A stretch of DNA of 63,016 nucleotides, counting the filler, from the NCBI RefSeq assembly GCF_002087085.1. It is 3 parts of 3 records of this genome, joined end to end, with 100 filler letters (N's around TTAATTAATTAA, not from the genome) between each part and the next. Parts side by side here need not be neighbours in the genome. Positions count along the whole stretch, not along the records: positions 30,025 to 57,341 come from NZ_MWQY01000030.1; 2 more parts are not named here. One strand, written 5' to 3'. Position 1 is the first letter of the stretch. The number at the start of each line of letters is the position of its first letter. Under the pieces are notes generated by a model. The model did no database searches and had not been told where the DNA came from. It saw nothing but the letters and a program-made list of their open reading frames with translations. The position numbers and the translations under genes are program-made. Shown here piece by piece: positions 39,651 through 50,233 of the stretch.

Positions 39651-39743
39651 AAGAGCCGGTTTCCGGGCTGACCCGATAATTGACAGGCAGGACGGGCAGC
39701 ACTAGAATGAGAGACGTCATCGTGATGAATGTGAAGGAAAGGC

Positions 39744-40775
39744 ATGAAGTTTAAAATTCGCTACGCAGAGCAGATAACCGGCATCTTTGTCTTACTGGCA
39801 ATCGTTTTTGTAGGCCTGGTTATGATTCTGATGGGAATTAACCAGCGCTGGTTTAAAAATGATCCCTCCTTCTACAGCATTTTCGACTCAGCGGAGGGCC
39901 TGAAACGGGGAATGTCCATTACCCTCAAGGGATTTCAAGTAGGGAAAGTCAACGATATCAGTCTGATGGACGACAACCGTGTGGAGATAAACTTTTCCAT
40001 TTTCGATAATTTTCACGAAAAGATATACGAAAATTCAATCCTCGAGCTGGCTTCCAATCCTCTGGGACTGGGGGGAGGGCTTATCCTCTACCCGGGCTTG
40101 AAACCCACAGATCCGCTTCCCGGCGGGGCGTATATACCGTCAACCGATTTTGATGAAGGTCGCCGCCTGGTAAGCGCTGGTCTGGTGCAGATAAGCCGAA
40201 GCGATGCGGTAAACGTACTTATGAACGATGTTTCCACCATCATTGCCGTCGCCACGGACACCCTTCTCTCTCTGAATGATCTGATCGAGACTACCACGAG
40301 TACCCTGGCAGGACAGAATCCCGGTCCCGTGGGAGGAACGATCCGTAACGTGGAGAGTATAAGCTCTCAGCTTGCGGATTCCATGGAGGGGCTTACAGGC
40401 AGGCTGAACGCCACCATGGCGAATGTGGAAAAGCTCTCGGGTGAACTTTCCGATCCCCGGAAGTTCATGTCCGATATCGTGGCCTCGGACAGTTCCATTG
40501 CCATGTTCCTCGACGACAAAGCCCGTCTGTATACCGAAATCGAGGGTATTCTGACAGGGATCAATAAAAGCCTCGTTCAACTCGAAGAGTTCGCTGTTTT
40601 TATCAACGCGACGACCCCCCAGCTCTCCGGTATAATTGAGGACGGAAGAGTGGCCCTGGATCACGGCAAGGATGTACTCGAGGCACTTAAAAACAATCCT
40701 CTTCTCAGGGGCGGTATAAGCGAGACCAAAGAGCAGGCAGCCATCTACAAATCATACAGAGACAGGGACTTCTAA
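39744..40775 (+). CDS. MlaD/MCE family protein
   Basis: N-terminal TM, AEGLKRGMSITLKGFQVGKV MCE motif, helical C-terminus. Confidence 0.88.
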   Translation: MKFKIRYAEQITGIFVLLAIVFVGLVMILMGINQRWFKNDPSFYSIFDSAEGLKRGMSITLKGFQVGKVNDISLMDDNRVEINFSIFDNFHEKIYENSILELASNPLGLGGGLILYPGLKPTDPLPGGAYIPSTDFDEGRRLVSAGLVQISRSDAVNVLMNDVSTIIAVATDTLLSLNDLIETTTSTLAGQNPGPVGGTIRNVESISSQLADSMEGLTGRLNATMANVEKLSGELSDPRKFMSDIVASDSSIAMFLDDKARLYTEIEGILTGINKSLVQLEEFAVFINATTPQLSGIIEDGRVALDHGKDVLEALKNNPLLRGGISETKEQAAIYKSYRDRDF

Positions 40776-41716
40776 TGAGTAAACAGCACTTTGGCCTCTT
40801 CTGCCTGGCACTGGTTCTACTCTTCAGCGGCTGCTCCTCCACGCCGGATCGGCCGGAAACGGTGTCCCTCGCCAAAAACCGGGCAGCCGAGTATACCGAA
40901 TACGGCAACCGCTATTTTGATCAGGCTCTTTTTGACCAGGCCCTGAAGTTCTATATCATGGCTCTGGAAAACAATATTGCCGTGGATTATAAAGAGGGGA
41001 TCGTCCTTTCCCGGGATGCCCTTGGACAGACCTATCTTATGCTTGGGCGCTTTGCCGAGGCCGGAACTTCGCTCCAGGCTGCCAGGGAGCTGGCGGCACG
41101 CATGCAGCGAAGCGACCTGGAACTCCGGGTACTGAACAGCCAGCTAAAGCTGGCACTGAACCGGGGCAGCATGCAGCAGGCCCGCAGGATCTTCGACGAA
41201 GCCCGGGAACTGCTGAATAAAACCGGGAATACTCCTGAGGATATTCTTGCGGATATCTATCACAGCATGGGAGCCCTGGAAAAGGCGGACGGGAATCTCC
41301 AGGAAGCCAGGGGAAATCTGGAAAAGAGCATAGCGATCAACAGACGCCTGGACCGCAGGGAAGAGATTGCCGGATCCCTGTACATGCTGGCTTCGGTTTT
41401 CTCAAAACTTGAGGAGTATCCTGCAGCCCGGGATTATCTGCACTCCGCCCTGGATATGGACAAGCAGATAGAAAACACCCTCGGAATAGCGGATGACTAC
41501 TTTGCCCTGGGGATTGTAAACAGCAGGATGGGAAACCGGGAGGAAGCCTATCTTCATCTGCAGACCGCCCTGGATATATACGCCGTACTCAACAGGCGCG
41601 AGAACACCATGGAAACCCTCTCTGTCCTGATTGACCTGGCGGGGGAACTGGGCCGTGAAGACGAAGCGGACATCTACAGAAGCACTATGGAAAAGATTCA
41701 GAGGACCGCAGGATGA
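40775..41716 (+). CDS. TPR lipoprotein
   Basis: Lipobox LFSGC; repeated TPR helices. Confidence 0.85.
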   Translation: MSKQHFGLFCLALVLLFSGCSSTPDRPETVSLAKNRAAEYTEYGNRYFDQALFDQALKFYIMALENNIAVDYKEGIVLSRDALGQTYLMLGRFAEAGTSLQAARELAARMQRSDLELRVLNSQLKLALNRGSMQQARRIFDEARELLNKTGNTPEDILADIYHSMGALEKADGNLQEARGNLEKSIAINRRLDRREEIAGSLYMLASVFSKLEEYPAARDYLHSALDMDKQIENTLGIADDYFALGIVNSRMGNREEAYLHLQTALDIYAVLNRRENTMETLSVLIDLAGELGREDEADIYRSTMEKIQRTAG

Positions 41717-42105
41717 CAGATTACCGTGATATTTTTCGTTCCATTCTTGCAGGCTATGGAAATTTTTTCAGAAATCTTCTGCGCTTTTTTCTGGCCGCGA
41801 TCATAATTGCCCTGACGGCCGCGATAATAGCTTTTCCCCTCTGGTTCCTTGCCATACAGCACACGGCCCTTTACTCCCGGCTGCTGATTGTCTGTACCCT
41901 GGCATGGCTGGCATACCGTTCGGTGCGTCGAAGACATCTCCCTGTTCTGCTGCTCCGGACGCTTCATGCCGGGGGGATTCTTCTTGCAGTCTACGCGGCC
42001 GTGGCAGCCTTTATATACGGGGCAGTCCTGCCGGGGATCCTGTCTGCCGCCCTGGGGCTTCTGCTCTTCGGACTGCTTATCCGGCGAAAACCTGAAAGAG
42101 CATGA
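41713..42105 (+). CDS. Hypothetical membrane protein
   Basis: About 4 TM segments; ATGA overlaps with both neighbours. Confidence 0.7.
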   Translation: MTDYRDIFRSILAGYGNFFRNLLRFFLAAIIIALTAAIIAFPLWFLAIQHTALYSRLLIVCTLAWLAYRSVRRRHLPVLLLRTLHAGGILLAVYAAVAAFIYGAVLPGILSAALGLLLFGLLIRRKPERA

Positions 42106-42977
42106 GAATCAGAAGCATACTCTGTCCCGTACTGCTGATTCAGGGGCTTCTGTTTGCCCTTCCCGACTATCCTCTTATCAGAGAATTGAGCTTTCGGGAC
42201 CCCCTTTTTATCCAGCTGGGGGAAGAAATCGCTGATTTTTACAAGGCAGAGGCCCGAAAATCAGTCCTTCCGGAACTGATCTTTTTCAGACATATCCTCA
42301 AGGAGGATCAGGATCTTTTTTCCATCGCATCCCGCTGCTCTCTGCCCTACGATACCCTCGCCAGCCTGAACGGTTACGTCCGCAACACAAGACTGCAGAA
42401 GGGAGAAAGTCTGTTGCTGCCGAATCAGCCGGGTCTGTTCGTACCCCGGGATCCCCGTAACGATATGGACAGGTTTTCCGAATCAATTCCCCGGGAAAAC
42501 GGTATTCCCTGCAGTCCCTTTGGCGACCAGGAGTATATTTTCTATCCCGGAGAACGCTTCGGACCTGTGGAACGATCATTTTTCCTGGGAGTTTTTCTCG
42601 GTTTTCCCCTGCGGGCAGGGGTTGTCAGTTCCAGTTACGGAGAGCGAATCGATCCCTTCAGCGGACACAGCCAGTTTCATCACGGAATCGATCTTGCCGC
42701 TCCCATGGGCGCAGAGGTCCTGGCCGCCAGGGAAGGGAGGGTGATTTTTAATGGCGCTGACGAGGTTTACGGCCTCTACATAGTCCTGGAGCATGCAAAC
42801 GGCTACCAGACCCTCTACGGACATCTAAAAAAAAGCCTTGTACGATTGAATCAGGAAGTAGTATTGGGTATGATTATAGGAGAGGTTGGTGTTACAGGAC
42901 AGACAACAGGTCCTCATCTCCATTTCGAAGTCCGACGGAAGGGTGTCTCCAGGGACCCTTCGTATTTTATTCGGTAA
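42102..42977 (+). CDS. M23 peptidase with LysM-like domain
   Basis: HHGIDLA (HxxxD), LYGHL, TGPHLHFEV. Confidence 0.92.
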   Translation: MRIRSILCPVLLIQGLLFALPDYPLIRELSFRDPLFIQLGEEIADFYKAEARKSVLPELIFFRHILKEDQDLFSIASRCSLPYDTLASLNGYVRNTRLQKGESLLLPNQPGLFVPRDPRNDMDRFSESIPRENGIPCSPFGDQEYIFYPGERFGPVERSFFLGVFLGFPLRAGVVSSSYGERIDPFSGHSQFHHGIDLAAPMGAEVLAAREGRVIFNGADEVYGLYIVLEHANGYQTLYGHLKKSLVRLNQEVVLGMIIGEVGVTGQTTGPHLHFEVRRKGVSRDPSYFIR

Positions 42978-42986
42978 GGGTACACG

Positions 42987-43955
42987 ATGAAATCGGTATT
43001 CCCCATTCTTCTTATCCTCATTTTATCCCTCCCGGTATCACCGGCCCTGACAGCCGATGCGGTACGGGGTTCGGTAGTCGATATTCTGGAAGTACGGGCG
43101 GACAAACAGCCCGAGGCTTCTTTTACCATCGAGGAGCTCGTTTCCCTGGACCTTGGTGCAAACACCGAATTTATTACCGGTGTAGAGATTGAACTTTCAA
43201 TCCCTGAAGAGTTACGGCGTTTACGGGACAGTTTCGCCGTATACCTTTACAGAAGAGTCGATCCACGGCCGGAAACCACCGGAATGCGCCGCTATTTCGG
43301 TGAATCCCTGAATTATTATATTGTCCCTGCTGCACGTAAGATGTATATCCAGATTCCCCTGCGAAAGGATACCGAACTGCCGCGAAACCCTGAAACGGTT
43401 CTTCTCAGGAACCAAGTTACCGTGGAGGATTTTCCCCTGATTCTGACCGTTCTTCCCATTATGAAAGGTATCCCGTCGGACATATACAGCGCCCCCTTGA
43501 AAATAAAGGCATATCCCTATCTTGCCGCAGAGGGAATTCTCGATCTGACGGTTACCGCTCCGGATGAACACCCCTACACCCTGCGTATAGACGGCCGGGA
43601 GCTTGAGTACCGGGAAAAGGGCTATCTTCTTTCCGAAGGTATCCACGAGGTGAGCATTGAATCTTCCGCCTATATGCCGGTAAAGCGCTCTGTCTCCATC
43701 ACCAGGGGAACCAGAACCGGCCAGAACATCGTTCTTGAAAAGAAGGAACCCAGGATTAATTTTGAAACTCCCGAAGGAACGCTTATTTTCCTTGACGGCC
43801 AGCGAGTCAGCGGTGCATCATTGAAAGTAGAGGAAGGGGTGCATACAGTTGTATTTAAACTGGGGGATTACTCCATGACACGGGAGTTCGAAGTACTGGG
43901 TGGAAAAACCTATACAATCACCCTGTTTTTAGATGTTTTTGTAAAGGAAAACTAA
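42987..43955 (+). CDS. Exported hypothetical protein with PEGA-like repeats
   Basis: Signal peptide; IDG..LSEGIHEV and LDG..EEGVHTV repeats. Confidence 0.7.
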   Translation: MKSVFPILLILILSLPVSPALTADAVRGSVVDILEVRADKQPEASFTIEELVSLDLGANTEFITGVEIELSIPEELRRLRDSFAVYLYRRVDPRPETTGMRRYFGESLNYYIVPAARKMYIQIPLRKDTELPRNPETVLLRNQVTVEDFPLILTVLPIMKGIPSDIYSAPLKIKAYPYLAAEGILDLTVTAPDEHPYTLRIDGRELEYREKGYLLSEGIHEVSIESSAYMPVKRSVSITRGTRTGQNIVLEKKEPRINFETPEGTLIFLDGQRVSGASLKVEEGVHTVVFKLGDYSMTREFEVLGGKTYTITLFLDVFVKEN

Positions 43956-44045
43956 TCTTTTTTGCAGAATGACCGAAAATAAAGGTGTCGGATATTTATA
44001 GTTCCCCTCCCAGTTTACTATGGTATTCGGCAACCTACCAACCTG

Positions 44046-44073
44046 GCCGATTCTTCGGAATCGGCCTTTTTTT
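44046..44073 (+). terminator. Intrinsic terminator
   Basis: GGCCGATTC-ttcg-GAATCGGCC followed by T7. Confidence 0.85.
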
Positions 44074-44134
44074 AGGTCCCCGGGGATGATCGTCCTATCT
44101 TGACAAAACCGGAGTGCCTACCTACTGTAGCCCT

Positions 44135-46630
44135 ATGGCATTTTCCCGTCGTCAGCGCGTAATTGTGCAAATCATCATCGGTATAACCCTCCTGGTCGCC
44201 CTGGGCGTCGGAATTACCCTCGGACTGGCAATCGCATCGATACGTAATATCGATGTAGTCCGGGAACTCAGGGACTACCGCCCTTCTCTACCGACCCAGA
44301 TCCTTGATCGTAACGGCAAACTCATTACCGAACTCTTTGGAGAGGAAAAACGGGAGATCATTCATGTTGATGAGCTTCCCAAGCACCTTATTTACGCTGT
44401 ACTTACCAGGGAAGACCGCAATTTTTACACCCATTCCGGTTTCGACTTTGTCCGGACCACCAAGGCGGCCATCGATATGGCCATGGGCCGCTTCTCAGGC
44501 GGCGGAAGCACCATAACCCAGCAGGTAGCGGGCCGACTTTTTGCGGACCGTTCGAAAAAAACGATTGAACGCAAAATTCGGGAACTCTGGTTTGCATTCC
44601 TGTTGGAAAGATCCTTTACGAAAGATGAGATCCTGGAACTCTACCTTAACCAGGAGTTTCTGGGCCATGGTACCTACGGTGTGGAGGCGGCATCCCAGCT
44701 CTATTTCGGCCACTCGGCCAGGGAAGTAAGCATAGCTGAAGCGGCTATCCTTGTACCTCTTTTTTCTGCCCCTTCGGGCTACTCCCCCATTCTCCATCCC
44801 GAAGCCGCCCGGGACCGTCAACGCTACGTCCTGGATCAGATGATTCAACTGGGATACGTGGCCAAAGAAGAGGCCGACGACTCCTTCCGGGATTTCTGGG
44901 ATTCCTGGGATTATACCAGATCGAGCAGCACCAGCGCCTATCTGTCGAATGAGAGCCAGGCTCCCTATTTCAGCGAATATATACGCCAGCAGCTCGAGGA
45001 TCTTCTGTTCGGCTCCGTGGACATCTACAAGGACGGATATATCGTACATACAACCCTGGATCTGGAATATCAGCGCACCGCCGATTCAATTATGCGTGAG
45101 GGGATACGTTCCATCAATCAGCGATACAGATCTTCATCCCAGGAACGTTTTTCCGTTGTCGATACCAGGTACGTACCGCTGCTTGACATGATGTCTCTGG
45201 CATTCAATATCGATAATATAAAGGTTGCCGGGGCACGGCAGCGACGGGAAGCAAAATCATCGTACCTGGGAAAAATGAATCCCCTGGTGGACCTGATCGC
45301 CATGTCCACGGGCTCCCAGTCCCTCAAGAGCTTTGTCAACCGTACCTACGATTACCAGAAAACAGAAAATGACCGTTCAATTATAGAGGGGGCCCTGATT
45401 ACCCTGGAAAATGAGACGGGACACATACTCTCCATGGTGGGAGGTTCGGATTTTGAAACCACAAAACTGAATCGCGCCGTCCAGTCCAAGCTTCAGCCCG
45501 GATCCTCCTTCAAACCCCTGTACTATTCCGCCGCCATTTCTTCGGGTAAATTCACCCCCGCCACCCGTCTTTATGACGGCCCCATTGTCTTCTGGAATGC
45601 CGACGGTACCCCCTACGAACCCCAGAACTTCCTGGGTGAGTGGGAGGGTTCCGTACTTCTGCGATATGCCCTGGCTACATCGATGAACGTGCCTTCCATC
45701 CAGGTACTGGACGGTATCGGTTTCGACGCCGCTATTGAACGGGCCTCCCGCCTTCTGGGACTGTACGATCAGCGAAATAACGAGGATGTTTTTCCCCGCC
45801 GCTATCCCCTGGGCCTTGGAATCGTCTCGGTGGCACCCATCAATATGGCCCGGGCCTTCGCCACTTTTCCCAACGCCGGCAAGGAGGTTGTACCCATCGG
45901 TATAACCTATATTCAGGACAGGCAGGGGAACATGGTCCTGGAACACGAGAAGGAACTACTCAGTCAGCGCAAGGGACAGAATACCCGCATACTCTCTCCC
46001 CAGGCCGCCTACGTTATGGTGGACCTCCTCGAGAGTACCGTTGAATTCGGAACCCTGGCGAACAGACGTCGCAACATCGGCGGTTTCGACGGCATGCCCA
46101 TGGCGGGAAAAACCGGCACGACCCAGAACTGGGGAGACGCCTGGACGGTGGGGTTTTCGCCGTACATGACAACCGCAGTCTGGTTCGGGTTCGATATGCC
46201 GGGAAACAGCCTCGGCCGTTATATTACCGGAGCCACAGCCGCCGGTCCCATTTGGGCCCGTTTCATGAAAGAGGTCCACAGCAATCTTGAACCGAAGGAC
46301 TTCTTCAAGCCCGACTCCGGTATCGTTACTGTTCGGGTATGTGCCGTCTCGGGAAAACTGCCGACCCAGGAGTGCGACGAAGGAATAATAGAGGAGATAT
46401 TTATTGCCGGGACCGAACCCCGTGAAGCCTGCGAAATCCACCAGTTTCAGCAGCAGCGGGATGAAGTACTCTTGAAGCATATTCAGGATAACATGCTTAT
46501 TCAGGACTTTTCCGTACCCGACACTGAATTTCCCGAACTGACACCTCCTTCTTTTGACAATGACCTGAATGAAAATCCTGCGCTGGAAGATCCCGATACA
46601 TCCGGGTCTTTTAACCCGCTGCTCGATTAG
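44135..46630 (+). CDS. Class A penicillin-binding protein (PBP1A family)
   Basis: TG motifs EDRNFY, GGSTITQQ, RKIRE, ILELYLN; TP motifs SSFK, SMN, KTG. Confidence 0.95.
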   Translation: MAFSRRQRVIVQIIIGITLLVALGVGITLGLAIASIRNIDVVRELRDYRPSLPTQILDRNGKLITELFGEEKREIIHVDELPKHLIYAVLTREDRNFYTHSGFDFVRTTKAAIDMAMGRFSGGGSTITQQVAGRLFADRSKKTIERKIRELWFAFLLERSFTKDEILELYLNQEFLGHGTYGVEAASQLYFGHSAREVSIAEAAILVPLFSAPSGYSPILHPEAARDRQRYVLDQMIQLGYVAKEEADDSFRDFWDSWDYTRSSSTSAYLSNESQAPYFSEYIRQQLEDLLFGSVDIYKDGYIVHTTLDLEYQRTADSIMREGIRSINQRYRSSSQERFSVVDTRYVPLLDMMSLAFNIDNIKVAGARQRREAKSSYLGKMNPLVDLIAMSTGSQSLKSFVNRTYDYQKTENDRSIIEGALITLENETGHILSMVGGSDFETTKLNRAVQSKLQPGSSFKPLYYSAAISSGKFTPATRLYDGPIVFWNADGTPYEPQNFLGEWEGSVLLRYALATSMNVPSIQVLDGIGFDAAIERASRLLGLYDQRNNEDVFPRRYPLGLGIVSVAPINMARAFATFPNAGKEVVPIGITYIQDRQGNMVLEHEKELLSQRKGQNTRILSPQAAYVMVDLLESTVEFGTLANRRRNIGGFDGMPMAGKTGTTQNWGDAWTVGFSPYMTTAVWFGFDMPGNSLGRYITGATAAGPIWARFMKEVHSNLEPKDFFKPDSGIVTVRVCAVSGKLPTQECDEGIIEEIFIAGTEPREACEIHQFQQQRDEVLLKHIQDNMLIQDFSVPDTEFPELTPPSFDNDLNENPALEDPDTSGSFNPLLD

Positions 46631-46640
46631 GAGTCCGTGT

Positions 46641-47039
46641 ATGCAGATCAATGTTAAGGACATAAGCGTCAAGAACCGCATTCGAGTAAACCTTGGAAAC
46701 CTTAATCAGCTCATGGAGAGTATCCGCCATTACGGTCTTATGAACCCGATTATCGTTACTCCCAGGTACGAGCTGATTGCCGGCCAACGGCGCCTTGAGG
46801 CGGTCAAACGCCTGGGATGGCAGAAAATAGAAGCACGCGTTGTGGATAACCTTAGTGATGCGGACAGACTTGAAATGGAGATCGATGAAAACCTGCACCG
46901 CCGCCCGCTGAATCCCGATGAGCTGGCGGACGGCTACTCCCGCCTCACCAGGCTGAGGAACCCCGGTTTCTTTCGCCGGCTGTGGCGATCGATAACCGGG
47001 TTCTTCAAGCGTCTGTTCAAATTCAGGAAACGACGTTAA
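46641..47039 (+). CDS. Small ParB N-terminal domain protein
   Basis: GLMNPI, LIAGQRRL, EIDENLHR; no HTH or C-terminal domain. Confidence 0.85.
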   Translation: MQINVKDISVKNRIRVNLGNLNQLMESIRHYGLMNPIIVTPRYELIAGQRRLEAVKRLGWQKIEARVVDNLSDADRLEMEIDENLHRRPLNPDELADGYSRLTRLRNPGFFRRLWRSITGFFKRLFKFRKRR

Positions 47040-48604
47040 AAATCCCAGATCTCATGAAACGAGTGGCTGTGGTCACAGTAGCGGCAGACAAAACGGTTAC
47101 CCTTTGACCGGATAAACTCGGGCTGCACATTCTCAAACAGCTCGGGACGGGAAATGCAGTTCTCGTTCTTGCAGGAAATCTCCTTGAATCCGTAGACCTT
47201 CGGGGGAATACGAAGACGGTACTTCTTCTGCACCCTGCTGTCATCGATGATATTGAGGGTACATCCCGGGGCAATGGCAGCCAGCATCTTGAGCTGGCTC
47301 TCGTCGAAGGAGATGATATCCGGCAGGGAGATTATTCCCTTAAATATTTCGCTGTCGTTGGTGTGATAGACCCCGTGGGACGAGCGAATGTCGAAACCCA
47401 TGATCCTGCGTATCTTGTCGATGTGGTCCCAGATCTTTTTCAGGTCCCGTCCTCTGCCTATATGATCTATCACGATTCCCCGCTCCACCGGTTTAATACC
47501 CACCTTGTACTCGGGCTTTCTACCGCTGCCCACCGGGGCCTCCTGAATAAAATCATCGGGGAGTTCTTCCCACTGCCTCGTTGATCCCGTAAAGCCGTCT
47601 CCCAGTTTTCCCGCCAAAAGAGCGATCTCCACAATCCGGGTAAAATAGCCGTTGGTTGACTGTTCGTCCCAGGCATTCAGGGATGTATGATCAAGAAATC
47701 CCGGAATGGTGGGGTATTCCCGATGCCGGGGAAGGGGGTGATAAAAGCGGGTCCCCTCCTTCAGGCGTCCCATATATTCCTTTCTGAAGGTAATCGCGTT
47801 TCGCAACACGGCAGCCTTTTCCCGGATTTCCTCACCCATCCGCTCGAGCTGCGGCCGGGTAAAGTACCAGATTTTCGCCGGATCCCCGGTTGCCAGGTAC
47901 TCCTCGATGGAAGGATACTCCCTGACCTTAAATCCGTTGTCTTTCATCCGCTCCACATAGTAGGAGGGCATGGCCAGCTCTTCGGGAGCGACGAGATCGA
48001 CTTCCACGTTCTTGAATACCTTGAGACCGTCCACCTTGGAATGTACGGTCCTGCCGTGAAAAAGATCCCCCACAAGTACTATACGCAGGTGATCGCGGTT
48101 CCAGTTCTGCTGTTCAAGAAAACTGAACTCATCCAGGAATTCCTGGGTGGGGTGCTCGTGCTTGCCGTCCCCGGCATTGATAAAAACCGGTCTGGGCATG
48201 GATATTCTTTCGGCGTAGGCCCCCAGCTCGTCATGCAGCCAGCGGCACAGGCCTTCCTGTCGGGACCGCACGACAAAAAGAGATTTGTCACTATAGCCGA
48301 AGAGCATCTTGATGGTGTCGGTTATACTTTCGTTTTTATTAAAGGAAGACGTGGCGGTATTAAAGTGGTTTACTCTGACCTCATGAAACTGGGCTGCGTT
48401 GGCAAAGGATTCCCGTGTACGGGTGCTGTCCTCCAGAAAAACAAGGTATACCCCCAGGCTCCTGTCGCCGATTTTAAAATCCGAGACATCGGCGCCGGAG
48501 CGAATGCGCTCCTTGAGCTCCCGGGTCTTTTCGTACAGATACACTTGTTCGTCGATGGAAAAATCCTCAACAACCGTTAAGCTTCGTCCGGTAAATGCAG
48601 ACAC
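47036..48604 (-). CDS. pyrBI: Fused aspartate carbamoyltransferase catalytic/regulatory subunit
   Basis: EDSTRT, HEHPTQ, GRTVHS, HPLP, then PyrI motifs GIVIDHI, CKNENCIS, CRYC. Confidence 0.95.
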   Translation of the reverse strand: MSAFTGRSLTVVEDFSIDEQVYLYEKTRELKERIRSGADVSDFKIGDRSLGVYLVFLEDSTRTRESFANAAQFHEVRVNHFNTATSSFNKNESITDTIKMLFGYSDKSLFVVRSRQEGLCRWLHDELGAYAERISMPRPVFINAGDGKHEHPTQEFLDEFSFLEQQNWNRDHLRIVLVGDLFHGRTVHSKVDGLKVFKNVEVDLVAPEELAMPSYYVERMKDNGFKVREYPSIEEYLATGDPAKIWYFTRPQLERMGEEIREKAAVLRNAITFRKEYMGRLKEGTRFYHPLPRHREYPTIPGFLDHTSLNAWDEQSTNGYFTRIVEIALLAGKLGDGFTGSTRQWEELPDDFIQEAPVGSGRKPEYKVGIKPVERGIVIDHIGRGRDLKKIWDHIDKIRRIMGFDIRSSHGVYHTNDSEIFKGIISLPDIISFDESQLKMLAAIAPGCTLNIIDDSRVQKKYRLRIPPKVYGFKEISCKNENCISRPELFENVQPEFIRSKGNRFVCRYCDHSHSFHEIWDF

Positions 48605-48626
48605 ATACTCCTCCTGATCAGCTTGT

Positions 48627-50168
48627 CTAGGGTGAAACAGATTGCAGAGATACCGGATCCAGGACCAGGAGCCTTCCGCTGTCCTGTACGTAGAGTTTTC
48701 CCTCCCGCAGGCTTATCCAGGTATCCGGATTGACCGTCACTTCCGAAAGGGCCTGTAATGAAAGATCCGTATTGAATCGGGCTACCCGGTATCCGTTGCT
48801 GTCGGCTATGCCGTATACATTCCGGCGATCAAGCAGAAGAAAGCTCATTGGATACATGTCCGTATCGCCCTGGTTCTTCATTTCAAAGCTCACCGGGTCG
48901 ATGGTAACCAGGCGTACAGCCTTGTTGCCCCCGGTCTCACCTGCTACCACGAGGTAGGAGTCCCCGAGGATCAGCAGATCCCGTGAACGAATAGTGTTTA
49001 TCCCGGAACGTCTGCGGATTTCTCCGGTGCCGGATAACGCGGAAACGAGCATTCTGAAGTTTTCCCGTCCCTCAACAATATATAGAAAAGGCACTTCCGG
49101 GGGGGCCTCTTCCCTCTGGTCTTCCAGGATACCCCGTTCATCCGAAGCGATCTCTTCGCGCTCCTCCCGGATCCGCTCCACCCGCTCCTGGACATCCTGT
49201 TCCGCCCTGGCGACCTCCTCTTTCTGCTCATCCACGGCTTCCCGGCGCTCATCCAGGGCCGCTTCCCGTTGGCTGACATCTTCCTCGGCAGCAGCTATGG
49301 CCGCCTCTTCCGCGGCCCGTTCTCCCTCGTCCTCAATGGCGGCGGCCTCATCCCTGCGGCGTTCAAGATCCTGCCGTTCAGCTTCAAGCTGCTGTTCCTC
49401 TGCGCTGATCTCAGCCTCATCCTCCGCTATCTCCGCCCTGGCGCTGTCTATGCGCTCCTCGTCAGCTTCAATCTCCTTTTCCTTGAGTTCGGTCATCTCC
49501 TTGCGTTCCGGGATGCCCTTGTCCTCATCCTCCTGGAGTTTGGCGATTACCTCATCCTCGGTAAGGGTATCCATATCAACGGCCCCGATTCCTCCGCTTA
49601 AGGGGAGAACCCGCAAAGGGAGCAGCATCTGGGTCTTCCCGGGCCATTGGGAATAGACCGTCGCAAGACCTGCCTTATCCGGATCAAGGTTGCTGACGAC
49701 CCGGTCCTGGTACTTTTGACCGATATACTCCATATCTCCCCGGTAAACGGCATTGTAGTAGGTGGCAAACTCGGCAAGAATCTCGGCATCGGCGAAACTG
49801 TAGTCGAAGGCCTGTGAAAGATAAGCGGCGAGAATCCTCCTGAGGTTGCGGACATGGTCCACACGGGCGTCCGGCTCCAGAATGAAGATATCAGCGCTCA
49901 GGAGTACTGCTCCGGCATCAAAAATACGCCGTACCCGGTATTTTCCGTCAAAGAGAAATCCCTCGCCTCCTTCCGCAAGACCTGCAGCCAGAGACCGGCC
50001 GATCCCCAGAATCTGGGCCAGGGTATCGATTCTCTCATGGGGACCTTCGTAGTTTACAAACTCAACAGTCCCGATATCGATGCTTTTCAATTCTGTTTCC
50101 GCAAGGTCCTGGGCAAACAAGGCCGGAACCAGCAGCAGAACAAGCAGTATCCGGAAATAACCTTTCAT
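48627..50168 (-). CDS. P83/100 family spirochaete antigen
   Basis: VEFVNYEGP, ADIF, VDHVRNLRRI, YNAVYRG, WPGKTQ; acidic coiled coil. Confidence 0.88.
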   Translation of the reverse strand: MKGYFRILLVLLLVPALFAQDLAETELKSIDIGTVEFVNYEGPHERIDTLAQILGIGRSLAAGLAEGGEGFLFDGKYRVRRIFDAGAVLLSADIFILEPDARVDHVRNLRRILAAYLSQAFDYSFADAEILAEFATYYNAVYRGDMEYIGQKYQDRVVSNLDPDKAGLATVYSQWPGKTQMLLPLRVLPLSGGIGAVDMDTLTEDEVIAKLQEDEDKGIPERKEMTELKEKEIEADEERIDSARAEIAEDEAEISAEEQQLEAERQDLERRRDEAAAIEDEGERAAEEAAIAAAEEDVSQREAALDERREAVDEQKEEVARAEQDVQERVERIREEREEIASDERGILEDQREEAPPEVPFLYIVEGRENFRMLVSALSGTGEIRRRSGINTIRSRDLLILGDSYLVVAGETGGNKAVRLVTIDPVSFEMKNQGDTDMYPMSFLLLDRRNVYGIADSNGYRVARFNTDLSLQALSEVTVNPDTWISLREGKLYVQDSGRLLVLDPVSLQSVSP

Positions 50169-50233
50169 AGCAACCTCCACACATCTTCAGTATAAGCCAC
50201 AGGACCGGTTTTGACAGCCCATTTCTCATATCT

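Noticed and set aside
47036..48604. PyrB-PyrI fusion as a novelty
   Set aside because: Already known from Thermotoga and Treponema
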